Below are positions 39,630 through 52,689 of a DNA stretch of 64,000 bases, piece by piece. The position numbers and the translations under genes are program-made. The notes beneath the pieces were generated by a model. The model saw nothing but the letters and a program-made list of their open reading frames with translations. It made no database searches and was not told where the DNA came from. The DNA lies in the NCBI RefSeq assembly GCF_006345805.1, contig NC_043008.1:31186001-31250000 (forward strand), in the 5' to 3' direction. Source of the stretch: Octopus sinensis. Lineage: Eukaryota. Every line of letters starts with the position of its first letter. The first letter of the stretch is position 1.

Positions 39630-41165
39630 TATTATTTATTATTATGGCCAGGTTCCAACCCAGGCTGCATCAACAATGTCTACCTGCCACACTTCTCAGT
39701 CCATCATCACTGCTCTGAGGTCCTGGACACATTCCAGGTCAATGTCTGCAATCAAGTTGTTGATGTGTGACGATGAATTCCTCTGCTTACATCACCATGA
39801 AGTGGGTTCCGCAAGACTAATTTGGATGTTCTCAGCTTAGGATGGCACATGCAGTGATCAGATAGTCACAGCCATCCTTGCCTAATCGTCTCACTAACTT
39901 TCAGCAAGTTTCCAGAAAGGCAATTCAGTTGTCATATGTTGCTGCCATTTCACATTTAGGGCCATTCATAGCATCTTTGTCTAGCATCCATCTAGCCCAT
40001 TTGATAATTAATTTTTTTGTCAATGTCCATATTTCATTACCATATAATAGCACCGATTCAACAGTTGCAATGAACTGCTTGATTTTGATTTGCCTGGGCA
40101 ATTTGGAGTTCCAGACGCTTTTTAGTTTGTGACAGGCAGTCCATGCTTGTATCCATGCCTTCCTGATCTTGATGTCTGCTTCCAAACTGCTCACCCAACC
40201 ATCTAAGTACTTGAATTCTTCAGCAACATTCAATTTGGAACCAAACAGTTCAGCATCACTTGATTGGTTGGAAGACATGTATTCCCTTTTCTTGACATTT
40301 GTGTGAGGTCCAGTTTTAGCAGCCAATGTTTTTACTCTGCTGAGCAGCTGTTGAGCTTGATCTATTAGCTATGAGTAACCTATTAGGTATGATCTATTAG
40401 ATATGAGTGTCATATCATCTGTGAAGTCCAGGTCTGTAGTGGTTACTGCTGACACTCACCATGATTTTTGCTGGTCTGTGATGAAACCAAGGTCTTCATC
40501 ACTGTTGTCTATTGAATTATGCATTGCATAATCCACTACAACTGCAAACAGATATGGTGCAAGCATATCTCCTTGTAGCACTCCAGCTAGTATTTGGAAG
40601 AATTCAGAATACCAAAAGTAGACTAAAAGAGGGAAAACTGCTGGCCCTGATGAAATTCCCCCTGAAGTTATCAAAAGGGGTAATCTGGATTAAATAATAC
40701 TGGATTCTGCAAATAAGCTCTTGCAGAACAAAGAAAGTCCAAATCAGTGGTCTGAGATTGACTTGATACCAATCCCAAAGTCAGGAAACCTAGGCAATGA
40801 AACTACAGAGGAATTGCACTGTCCAATATCTCACTCAAAGTCATCAGCTGAATGATCCTCCACAGGAGTCAACAAGTGGTTGGTAGCCAGCCGAGATCAA
40901 ATCAAAATGGATTTAGACCAGGGAGATCCACATCTCAGATCTTAGCCCTGAGGCATATCATAGGAGTTAAATCTAGACCGCTACCTGCCATTATAATCTT
41001 CATGGACTTCAGCGACGTAACAGGCGTGACAGCATCCATCATTACAAAACATTGAAAATCCTTTGAGCATATGGCATTCTAGAAGAACTAGTTCTTGCCA
41101 TTGAAAAAAACTCATGTGTTGTCATGTGATGGAGAAATGGAATTCTTTTAGAACAGCTGTCCCAG
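39630..41165 (-). mobile_element. RTE-clade LINE with inverted 5' segment (40623-41165 on +, 39630-40610 on -)
   Basis: Plus: KTAGPDEIPPE, NYRGIAL, QNGFRPGRST, MDFS, LRAYGI-like, DGEMEFF. Minus: SEFFQILAGVLQGDMLAPYLF, DFTDD, FKYL, VESVLLYG.E.WTL, TAA-rich tail. Confidence 0.85.
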
Positions 41166-41859
41166 ATATGTTGGAATTTCTCCAATTTTGTCAGAATCCC
41201 CCTCCCCCCCTTTTTTTTGCAAAGCAATGAAGGGAAGCTTTTTTAAAACAAAAGTTTTAAAAATCCATGTCTTTTAAATGTTTGCCTTCCCACCTCCACA
41301 CACACACACTCATTCTTTTCTACTCTAGGCACGAGGCCTGAAATTTTGGGGGAAGAGACCAGTCGATTGGTTCAACCCTAGTTTGCAACTGCTACTTAAT
41401 TTATTGATCCCAAAAGGATGAAAGGCAAAGTCAACCTCAGCAGAATTTGAATTCAGAACATAAAGGCAGACAAAATATCACTAACCATTTCATCTGGCAT
41501 GCTAACATTTCTGCCAGCTCGCCACCTTACATATACCCATTGTGCCTTTAGAACAATCACCACTAAAATGATATATTTTCCTTTTTCATAATTTTCTGTC
41601 ATTTTATCATATTCTACATTTGGAAACTTGCATTAAAGGAAAAAATAAACTTACCCACCTCTTTCCTCCATTGTACCTTTCACAATGAAGGAAAAGTCAA
41701 ACACTGCAAGTGGATGTGTGAGGAAAAAATTTGAATTTTGACAAGTCCATTTATAAAGTGATGTTTTCAGTCATTTATTTAAACTTTCACTGCTAACTCA
41801 TCAAATACAATTACATGCAATACATGGGTTTTGAGATTTAAATTTGCTAATTTGAAGTG

Positions 41860-42200
41860 ACCTGGGTGCCCCCTGGTTTAAATCCAGTCCTGGATGTGAA
41901 GACAGGATTGGGGAGTGAGAGATAAGCATAGTGCATGAAAGAGATGTGAGGAAGAGAAGAGATGTAGTTTGGTTTCTTTGGGGTAGAATGTGTAGAAAGT
42001 TTTCTTGTTACATGTGAGTGGAATACACAGTGCTTCTAGCACTGTTTTGCTAACATGGGTAGGTTTTCTCAAGAACTTCATATCACCAGACATCTCAGTC
42101 AATGAGGCCCAACATCCAGAGGTTGGTCCATACAACTTCATCCCATGTCTTCCTGGATCTCCCTCTTATGTGGATACCCTCCACTTTCAGTGATTTGCAC
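41860..42200 (-). mobile_element. RTE LINE 3' remnant
   Basis: KVEGIHIRGRSRKTWDEVV-like translation. Confidence 0.6.
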
Positions 42201-44238
42201 TTCTTTATACTGCTGTCTTCAATACAAATATATGTGTAAACATGCTATTTCCAGCCTGGTGGTATCACTTAGACCCCCTAAATTATAATTTCAAATATAT
42301 ATTAAATATATATATGTATATATAAAAGATAATTACAATGAATATGGAGATTCATACAGTACCATATTTTTTTTATTTCTACTGTCAATAACACAAGACA
42401 TTTAATTTAAATGTGCCCAATGTACATTTCTGCTGCATAGGCATCTCACAGTTGCATTTGCACCCAGTTACATTCCTCTGGTTATTAGTAGACACAACTT
42501 TATTCATGCTCCTGACATGGTCTGAAGTGAACTAAGGGTAAATAGGTTTAGCTAGCATTATATTTATTATGGGACTATCGTTTTTGAGTGCAAAGAATGT
42601 GAGGGGAACATTTGGAAACCTGATATTACAATAGTAACTGCTGTCAGGTTTACCCTATAATGACCCAAGTTTGGATTTCAGGTCAAAAATACTTGATCTT
42701 AAATGAGGTCAGAGTATATTTTTTAACCATTAACCTTAGGTGAATTAGGAATTAATGTGATTCATAGATATTGCATACAGTTATGGGTCACTAATTCAGA
42801 TATAATTTAAATATATTAGACATGCAAAACTTGTTCATAAGCCAAATTCAAATGTTATTTTATATAAATCCAGTTTTTACTTACATGCCATTTTGTCATC
42901 CTATATGTATAGCAAGAATTTTCATACATGTAGCTTTATGCATGGAGAATACAGGTTACTACTTGATATAGGCTTATATAGACCTCTTGCTTCCCTAACT
43001 GTAATCCTATGAATTATTATGTATGGTGGCACGTAAAAGCACCATCCGTTCGTGGCCATTTGCCAGCTCCGTCTGGCACCTGTGCGGGAGGCACGTAAAA
43101 AGCACCCACTACACTCACAGAGTGGTTGGCGTTAGGAAGGGCATCCAGCCGTAGAAACACTGCCAGATCAGACTGGGCCTGATGCAGCCTTCTGGCTTCA
43201 CAGACCCCAGTTGAACCGTCCAACCCATGCTAGCATGGAAAGCGGACGCTAAATGATGATGATGATGATGATGATGGGACACAGCTGAGAAAGACACCCA
43301 CCACTCTGCCTACAAAACCAAGGCCAAGCTGGAGGCAAAGGTCAAGGGGGTGTTCAAAGATGTTCCAAGGGACACAGCAAGAAATGCATGTACCATATTT
43401 AAAACAAGTGATGGATAGATATCAATTCATATGAACTGACACCTATCCATCATTTTTTATGTATTTATTCATGATTTACCTCTCTTGGAACCTGTTCCTT
43501 ACATGTTCCAAAGTATATTATGGACCATATATTTAATACAATGTGTGCTTCTGGATTAGCCCAAGGCTAGTAATATGTTCAGTAGGGTTCAATTAATTGT
43601 ATACATAACCTTAATATTTTTCTACCTGTACTTTGATACCAACGTTTGTATTCATCAATTGTAGCTGTGTATGCATTTTAATTTTGACTTAACCAGATGC
43701 CTTACCATTTAAACGCCTGATTCACCTGAATCCTAATATATTGTGGATATATGTATAAATTGAAATCGGAATCAAATTCGATGACTGGCATCCATGCTAG
43801 TGGAGCACTAAGAGTATCATCCATGCGTGATCGTTGCCAGAGCAACAAACTGGCTTCTGTGCTGGTGGCACGTAAAAAGCGCCTCTCGAGCATGATCATT
43901 TCCTGCGTCGCCTTACTTGCACTTGTGCCGGTGGCACATGAAAAATCATTCAAGTGAGGTCGTTGCCAGTGCCGCTGGACTGGCTCCTGTGCAGGTGGCA
44001 TGTAAAAAATACCATTTGAGCATGGCTGTTGCCAGTACTGTGGCACATAAAAGCACCCACTACACTCTCGGAGTGGTTGGCATTAGGAAGGGCATCCAGC
44101 TGTAGAAACTCTGCCAGATCTGATTGGAGCCTTGTGTAGCCATCTGGTTTGCCAGTCCTCAGTCAAATCGTCCAACCCATGCTAGCATGGAAAGCAGACA
44201 TTAAATGATGATGATGGTGGTGGTGGTGATGATGATGT

Positions 44239-44274
<36 letters not shown>

Positions 44275-45192
44275 GGAGGAGGAGGTATACACATGTATGT
44301 GTGTATGTATGTTTGTATGTAACATTTTGGACTAACGAGTATTTGTCAATTAGTGTGTTGCTATGTTGAGTAATGCACTAGCACAGTTTGAACTACCTGG
44401 TGTCATCCACAGTTGGGGTATATTTCCATTGGATCTACTTCAGGATTTCTATAGTCTTAGTTGAGATAATAATTGATTAACAAAGCAGGAAAATAACAAG
44501 ACTGCCTGAACTCAAGATTTTTAGCGAGACACCACTTTATGTATAAATGTACCTGACGTGACCCAGAATGCAAAATTGATACAACACAATATGATGCACA
44601 GCATCCTGTCCATAAGGGGCAGTTGCAGGATGAATCAAAACAATCATTGTATGCAATAAAGACTAATACCAAATCTATCTTCTGTTTCCTTAATTGATTA
44701 TTATATATATATATTTGTATGTATGTATGTATGGATGGATGGATGGATGGGTGTGTGTGTGGGGGTGTCCATACAAAATATACATGCTTATATCTGGGAA
44801 AGGTAAGGAGAGAGGTTTAGAAATATAATGAAATATGTCTATTATATAATAGAGACAGGCAGACAGATAGATAGATAGACAGAGAGGGGGAAGAGTGAGT
44901 ATATATACTCCATGTCAGTGACAATGAAAATCCATTTAGATATTGATCATTGTATATTTTACAACAAATTGTAGGTGGTGATCAATTAATAAACCAGAGA
45001 ACTGCAACTGTCACCAGCAAATATTTTATTCAAAGAACAGAGGAAATATTTGAATATTCATTATTCTTCACAAACTGAGAATAGTGATTGCAGTTATTAT
45101 GAAAACTCATGTAAGTATGCTTTCAATTTGCCGTCGTCGTCATCATCATTATCATCACCATCATCATCATCATCATCATCATCATCACCGCC

Positions 45193-45224
<32 letters not shown>

Positions 45225-45235
45225 CACACCACCAC

Positions 45236-45267
<32 letters not shown>

Positions 45268-45389
45268 GCCACAGCAGCAGCAACAGCAAGAACAACACCT
45301 TTACCATTATCTTGCATCCATTTCTCTATGCATGCTTAAAGAAGAGGAAAAGATTCTGCAAGATTTGAATTTAGAAAGTAATTACTTAC

Positions 45390-45780
45390 AAATGGACTGG
45401 ATGAGTTTTCTTTTACTGCACAGCATCTTATCACTCGTCGTGGTCCTTTGTCATCTCCTTATTGAGTTTCAGCCTCCTGATACGTTTCTCCCTACTTCTT
45501 TACATATCTTCCCAGGAATTTTTCTCCTTCAGGTTTGTCCAATTTGGATTGCTTGGCACAACTGTCATCCTCCATATGTATCACATGCCCATACTAGCAA
45601 GCTACATCAGGTTCCTCATATGCCAAATTTTTCTTACAGTTCCTTTTCTGCTCTGCTTTTCAAGCGCATTGCACATCCAGTGCAGCATTCTTTCTTCATT
45701 TGTTTCAAAGCCTCACACATTCTCTATATTCTGCACTACTATGAAGTGTTGCACATTGCACACAAGCATTACACAAGGAT
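45390..45780 (-). mobile_element. RTE LINE 3' remnant, heavily degraded
   Basis: ERMLHWMCN-like peptide, similar to the 35690 copy. Confidence 0.55.
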
Positions 45781-45829
45781 CAGTTGAAAAGTGCACAGGC
45801 TGAACAAGATTCTTTCATGGAATGTAACA

Positions 45830-46350
45830 AAATGAGCTTTATTTTCCAAATAGTTTTGCTTGCAGCCCAGATACTTCTTCCATCGGGTTGCAATACTTGG
45901 ATCCATTGGTGAGGCAGCTTTCATCTTGTTGATCAAAATAAGTCATCAACAGCAGATATGACATCATCATCACTGTGATACTGGTTTCCAGCCAAGTGAC
46001 TTTTAATGTTGAGGAACAAATGATAGTCAGATGGGGCCATAACAAGAGAATAAGAAGGCTGGTTAACCAGTTCACAGTTAGTCAAGCACAGCAGCCATTG
46101 AAACCAAGGACTTGTATGCTAGAGCATTGTCCTCTTGAAACAAGACCCTGCTTGTCAGTTTTCCTGGGTGTTTGATCCTAACAGCCTATCTGCCTCAACA
46201 AATTGGCATAGTACTCTCCATTGATGGAGTGGCCCTTTTGAAGATAGTTAATAGACACAATGCCTTTTACATACCAAGAAACTGAGGTCATCACCTCTGC
46301 AGATGAAACAACCTTACCTTTTTTCGAAGCAGGAGTGCAAAGAATGGCTT
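45830..46350 (-). mobile_element. Mariner transposase C-terminal fragment
   Basis: VMTSVSW..KGIVSINYLQKGHSINGEYYANLLRQ, FQEDNALAH, YSLDLAPSDYHLFLNIKSHLAG. Confidence 0.85.
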
Positions 46351-46429
46351 CTGAAAACCATATAAGCCCTGTAGAGTAGCCATGACTATAAAGATACTAT
46401 ATGTGTGTATGTGTGATAGATTGTTAGCC

Positions 46430-46600
46430 ACTACACACGTTTTTTTTTTCTCTCCTTGTTTTTTCTGTGTACCTTTCTGTAGAAGAGCGTAGGCTCGAAA
46501 CATAAAAGACTTTCTCTATTCCTGAGCATTATACTAATACATCTGTTTGTTTTGTACACCACCTGTCTTTGTCTTTGGTTTTTTCGTAAACTTTCCCTAT
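46430..46600 (+). mobile_element. Penelope-like terminal remnant
   Basis: GAAGAGCGTAGGCTCGAAACATAAAAGAC; an inverted copy of the same family lies at 55665-55830. Confidence 0.4.
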
Positions 46601-47597
46601 ATATCTATATATACACATAGAGAGAGAAAGAGACAGACAGATAGACAGCTGTGTTTTGAAAGTAAAAGTTTGTTTATGGTGATTGATTCTAATAAATATG
46701 ACACTTATAAATACAATGATTTGTAATAACTATGATACCAGTAGTTATTATCATATCTGGACCCTTTATTACATCTTTGTGAGAATGAAATAGGGAGAAA
46801 AAGAGAGAGAGGGAGAGCGAGAGAATGGTGATGATGGCGGTGATGATAAGATTATAAGCTGCATTTTACTATCTCACACAAAGTAAAGTAGTTGATTCCT
46901 CTATTTCAAAACTGGCATAGGAAAGAGAGAGAGAGAGAGAGAGAGAGGCGGGGTACAGAATGTGAGAAGTGGTGAAGAAAATAAGTCTAAAATCCATTTA
47001 AACTTGTTGCATAAAATTGAGTGAATTAATCATTGAACTTGATAACAAGGATGTTATTTTTGTAGCGGCGATAATTTCACTGAAGTTTTCATAAATAAAA
47101 TATTTCAACTTTCTAGATAAAACCTCTATTCTAAATGGAAGTGATTTTTAAAAGACTTCCTTTTTTTCTTTTTGGCTAATTTTTAAAGTTATATTTAGTT
47201 TCAAAATCACTTCATACTTGTCAAGTAATGGAACTGTCTTTCATTAATTCAGAGATTTCAAATTTTTTTAATTAATCCATAAGGCATTTTTTGCCTTTTA
47301 AATATAGTGATTCTGCGTTTGATATTTTTTTCTATCAGAACATATACATATGCATATAAATTAGATTTCTGTGAAATAACTTGATGCAAACATAAACAAA
47401 ATATACAATATTCTATAGCAATTTTCCTGCTAAAGCAAGGGTTGACCTTACAGGACCCTCGCCAGTTTTCACTAGGGTTCCCTTTTGGAGGCCATATTTA
47501 ACAGCAGAATGCACCTCCCCATGTTAATACTTTTAACTCCACCCCATCTCCCCTGTGACATGCAAGGAGACACTGTACCTTTTCTACCTAAATGATA

Positions 47598-47656
<59 letters not shown>

Positions 47657-47929
47657 ATATATATATATATATATCATCATTATCAATTAACGTCCGTTTT
47701 CCATGTTAGCATGGGTTGGACGATTTGACTGATGGCTGACGAACCAGATGGCTGCACCAGGCTCCAATCTTGATCTGGCAGAGTCTCTACAGCTGGATGC
47801 CCTTCCTAACGCCAACCACTCCGAGAGTGTAGTGGGTGCTTTTATATGCCACCGGCACAGGGGCCAGTCAGGCGGTACTGGCAACGACCTCACTTGCATC
47901 TTTTTACACATGCCATCGATATATATATA

Positions 47930-49230
47930 CAGAATCTCACAAAAATATATACACCCTAAAGGATTATTTGCTACATTCAATATTTAGTGTGACTGCTCTC
48001 AATGACTGCATTAAGTCTTCTGGGCATAGAGTCAACTTAATTTTTTCATATATAAATAACCAATGAAATTGACCTCCATTCATCCTGAATGATGTCTTTC
48101 AACTGTGTTACATTGCAGGGTTTTTCTCTTCAGCCTTCCTTTACAAAACGTCCCACAGATGTTCTATTAGGTTTAAATCAAATGTCATGATAGGCCAATA
48201 ATTAGTTGTCATCTTTGAAATGTGTTTAGGGTCATTATCATATTGGAACTTGGAATGTCTTCTTAGTTCCTTTCAGCATTGTTTTCTGCAATATTCCACA
48301 ATAAAGCCTTGAATCCATTGTTCTCTCAATAAATGTCAGTCCTCCCACACCAGCTGTACTCATACATCCCCAAAGCATAACACTTCCACCACCATGTTTC
48401 ACGGTAGGCATGGTGCATTTGCCACTATTACCTTCACCTGGTTGTCACCATACTTGTTTAATATCATCTGACCCCAAAAAGTTGATTTTAATCCCATCAG
48501 AGACCACACTGGCTCAAACTTCAGCAAACTGTTTGGGTGGATTCACTCTTTCCACTAACAGAAGACACTTCTTGGGCCAAAGATGAAGTGACACAATGCC
48601 TGTTGTCCATCATGCAACGTTAATTATGGCAAATATCACACGCAGTTAAAATAGAAGGACAACCTGGACAATGCTTATTGCTTAGCCGTCCAGTAGCTTT
48701 ATACTTCTGAATTACTTTGGCAACTATGTTACACTAACGCGTATTTGTTTCCTAATTAACTTGTATCCTAAACCATTCTTGTGCAAATTAAAAATAATTT
48801 TCTTCAAATCTTCAGACAATTCTTTTCCTTATGGTGACATTTTAATCACAATGAAAAATATTTTCACCATGGCACACAAATCTGAATTCCTGCAGATGCA
48901 ATAACAATGGCCGGTGCAAAAATGCCAGGAGAAATAATTTATTAGAATTGAAATTATCAGCAATATCTGAATTTAGTAAAGAAAAGTGGATAAAATATTA
49001 AATACAGCAAATTTCCTTTAGGGGGTACATATTTTTGTAATATTTGAAAATTAATATTTCATTCATTTCTTTGAAAATATTTATTGTTTTGTGTTCCAAA
49101 TTTGTATAATGTTTGAATGTATAATATATTTTATTCAGTATAAATTTTGCTTGATTTCCTTCGACTTTATCAGAGTGATGGCAATTTTACTGTAATTTTT
49201 TAGGGGTGTACATAATTCTGTGAAATACTG
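47930..49230 (-). mobile_element. Tc1-type transposon relic with both terminal inverted repeats
   Basis: TA-flanked ends CAGAATCTCACAAAAATATATACACCC and GGGTGTACATAATTCTGTGAAATACTG; peptides PTVKHGGGSVMLWGCM and DLNLIEHLWDV. Confidence 0.85.
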
Positions 49231-49615
49231 TATATATAAACAATAACACAGATGGGTTGTGGTTCACTAAAGCTGTTTCAGACTTGTTCTTTATTGAAGA
49301 ACAAAAGTGTTACATCATGCAAAAGACCCATTTTCTTCTGTGAGGTACAGAGAAAATTTAACAATAAGAACTTCTCACAAAATAGAACATGGAGTAAGAT
49401 GACCCAATCAGCCTAGTTATTATTGAAAGAGTGAAAAGTAGAAGCTATTTCTAAGTTTAAATTAATGAACTCATTATAGGGACCAGAATAAGAGAAGGAC
49501 GTAGAGGACACAGGTGCACTATCCCCAACTCTACCTTGGTGCTTTTCTATTTAAATGTTTGATTCTTTTGGATCCTGAAAATCTTATTATAAGTATATAT
49601 ATATATATATATATA

Positions 49616-50060
49616 TCTTATATATAAAATAGACCTGTGTATGTGTATATTCGCTTTTCATGCAAAAACAGCTGAGCGAATTGGTTCCATACTTAAATGC
49701 ATGAATAATTGACCTCAGTTACATCATAAGGCCTTCAGTTTATTTTTTTATTAAAAAGAAGTAATCTTGCTTTATATATGATTCACTTCTTTAAAAAGGT
49801 TTCTCAATGTCAACTTCCGATATGGACATAGTAATGACGAAATTTTCCCTTTTCATTCGCGAAGTCTCTCACTCTCTATTTTAATGCTTTCATTTCAAGT
49901 TTTAATTCCCTATTTGCAAACAACTATGATAAATTACTGAAAGAAATATTTACTAAGCAAGTGAGATTTTTTATAAAATGAAGTTTTCAAGAAAATTTTC
50001 TCTCTGAACTTCCTTTTATTATTGAATATTTCAAGTTCACAAATTTGAATATTCCGTACA
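49616..50060 (+). mobile_element. Non-autonomous Helitron-like element, 5' end
   Basis: TC start, TATATAAAA, then AAAACAGCTGAGCGAATT motif; 3' boundary uncertain. Confidence 0.4.
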
Positions 50061-50353
50061 AGATAGTTTTTAACAAGTTTTTATTTACACGATTTTTCTA
50101 TTTCATGTTTATTTCATTCATTGTTTGTAATGTTCTCACTCTCTCTGTCTCTTTCTTTCTATCCTTCTTCCCCCTCTCTCTTTCTCTCTCTCTCACACAG
50201 ACACATACTGTCTCTATGTATTTGTAGTCAGTCACACATGTATGTACATTTGTATATATTTATGTATGTGTGTGAGTGAGAGAGAGTGAGTAAAGGAGTA
50301 TGTTGTCATGTATACATACATACATAAATACATATGCATACATCTTTTTTGTA

Positions 50354-50396
<43 letters not shown>

Positions 50397-50854
50397 TGTC
50401 TAAGTGGCACTCTCTCTCTCTCACACACATACATACAAAACAAGATGTATGTATATTTAATTATTCATGTATGTATACATGACAACACACCTCTTCATTC
50501 TCTCTCTCTCTCTCACATGGCCATTCCATATATATGTACAGTCATCTTTCACTTTCATCTCTCTTTCATTTTAAAACAAAAGCAAAAACATAAAAATTTT
50601 TTACAGAAATTAACGAACAAAACCATTTTGGCATTTCTGCAGGTTCAACCAAAAGAATATCAAAATATAAGACTGAAAAAGAACATTTAGCAGCAAAGGC
50701 ATGACAGCAGACAATATCATAAAAATTGGAAATCATATGTGAAAATATTATGAAATGGCTAGCAGAAAACTATCTGGAGGGCAGTCTTTCTGCTAGTATA
50801 TATATATATATATATGTAACTGAAACCGGTACTGAAATGTTTTTTGTAAATATG

Positions 50855-51284
50855 TGGAAAAAAAGTCAAGGTAGAAAATGCTAAAATAATTTTATGAATA
50901 ACATTTCAGTACCGGATTCAGTCATTGGGACATTTTCAATTGTAAGTATAGAAAACAATTAAATTTTGGAAATATTAAAAGAAAAGTTCTTTAAAAGAAT
51001 ATTTGTATAGTGTTCAAATACAAGTGGTATTTTCCTTGTTTCTGTCTGTCTCTGTCTCTCTTGTTTACTCTTGTAGATTCAAGGTAAACAAGAGAGACAG
51101 AGACAGGCAGAAACAAGGAAAATGCCCCTTATGCAAATATTCATTTAAAGAACTTTTCTTTTAATTTTTCCAAAATTTAATTGTTTTCCATACTTACAAT
51201 TGAAAATGTCCCAATGACAGAATCCGGTACTGAAATGTTTTTCATAAAATTATTTTAGCATTTTCTACCTTGACTTTTTTTCCA
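50855..51284. repeat. ~430-bp fold-back palindrome, Penelope-pseudo-LTR-like
   Basis: 50855-51073 is the reverse complement of 51080-51284 apart from scattered mismatches and one ~10-bp indel; loop TAGATT. Confidence 0.9.
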
Positions 51285-51361
51285 TATATATCAACTTGTG
51301 TGTTCCTTTTCAACCTTCTACATATATATACACACATACACACACACTTATACATGTATAT

Positions 51362-51806
51362 TGATGTTGCAGGCCTTCATGTCCCTTTTGCAAACATCCT
51401 TGTATCGTAAGAACGGTCTTCGCACAGACCTAGTGCTCCTAGCAAGCTCTACATAGAGTATATCCTTGGGGATTCTGCCATCTTCCATACGGCTAACATG
51501 TCCAAGCTATCTCACACGTCTTTGTGTGAGGAGTGCAAACATGCTTGGTATTCCTGCTTGCTTGAGTGACAGAGAGAGAGAGAGGAAAAATGGAAAGGCA
51601 AGAAAAGATGTCAACAAGAAACTATGACATTACAACGAGCCAGGCAAGTCTTCGCTACATTTGCGGCACCTGCCAGAGGGAGTGTTTGTCCAGGATCGGA
51701 CTATACAGCAACAGCAGGAGATGTATTAGGACATGAAATGTAAAAGCTGGACTAGATTATTTTATGCGCAACTCCATTGTCTCCCGAGACAAAAAGGATG
51801 CCAACA
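51362..51806 (+). mobile_element. RTE (BovB-like) LINE 3' end with inverted 5' segment and 12-bp flanking direct repeat
   Basis: Minus 51570-51362: LGHVSRMEDGRIPKDILY...RYKDVCKRDMKACNI. Plus 51571-51806: YICGTCQRECLSRIGLYSNSRRC* and a 3'UTR ending GGATGCCAACAA. ATACATGTATAT at 51350-51361 and 51807-51818. Confidence 0.9.
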
Positions 51807-52326
51807 ATACATGTATATAAGTATAACCAGTTAATGATGCAGATTAAAAAATATCTCTAGCATATAAATATAAATAAATTACAGAATATTGATATGCCTG
51901 GCAAACCGTGATGTTTAAGCTGCATGTGGTTTGGTTAGAACAGTATTCTAAAACTTTGGCTTGTTGGAGCATTCTAAGAGGTACTACAGCTATCAAGAAC
52001 TCAACTGTCAGCTAAACACATTTGAAATCTAATGATTACAGTATATATGAACGTGTTAATTTAACTTTATGAGCATTACAAACTATTTTTTTTAATATCA
52101 AAATACCATAATAAAAAACGCGAAAACTAGACCATGTTTCAACTGATATATTATTCTATACACATTCACACAAATTCAGAGCAATATATATATGTTAATG
52201 AACAAAACCAGCTGTTCATTTTGTCACTTTTGCAGGTTCAACCAAAAGAATACCAAAATATGTGACTGAAAAAGAACATTTAGCAGCAAAGGCTAAATAC
52301 ATATGCATACATCTTTTTTGCATGTA

Positions 52327-52364
<38 letters not shown>

Positions 52365-52689
52365 TGATATCTAAGTGGCACTCACACACACATATGTACA
52401 AAACAAGATGTATGTATATTTAATTATTTATGTATGTATAAGTGACAACATATATTTTGGTATTCTTTTCTGTTGCAAGATTCCTGATGTGAAACAGACA
52501 TTGTTGTATTTCAGGATGGTCATCTTTTTGGGGTTTTTTACCAAAAAAAAACACATGCACTATATATTCGTTCTTCCCTCGTTCTTATTTTCATTCATTT
52601 CCATTGTCCAGAAATCTTTCATCACATATCTGTGACCTCTTCAACGACACTTTCCTTCCTTATGTGTGCTCCTGCCCTGCTTAGACCAT

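Noticed and set aside
41767-41803. Minus-strand C and D boxes upstream of the 41703 acceptor
   Set aside because: Only about 36 nt apart, too short for a box C/D snoRNA.
45050-45787. 245-aa ORF with poly-S/P/T/H/Q
   Set aside because: Trinucleotide repeats fused to the antisense strand of a degraded RTE; no splice or domain support.
46318-46350. Apparent 33-nt minus-strand micro-exon with TTTTCAG and GTAAGG sites
   Set aside because: It lies in frame within the mariner transposase (SPA.KK.KV..SA.KVM region), so the splice-like sites are probably incidental.
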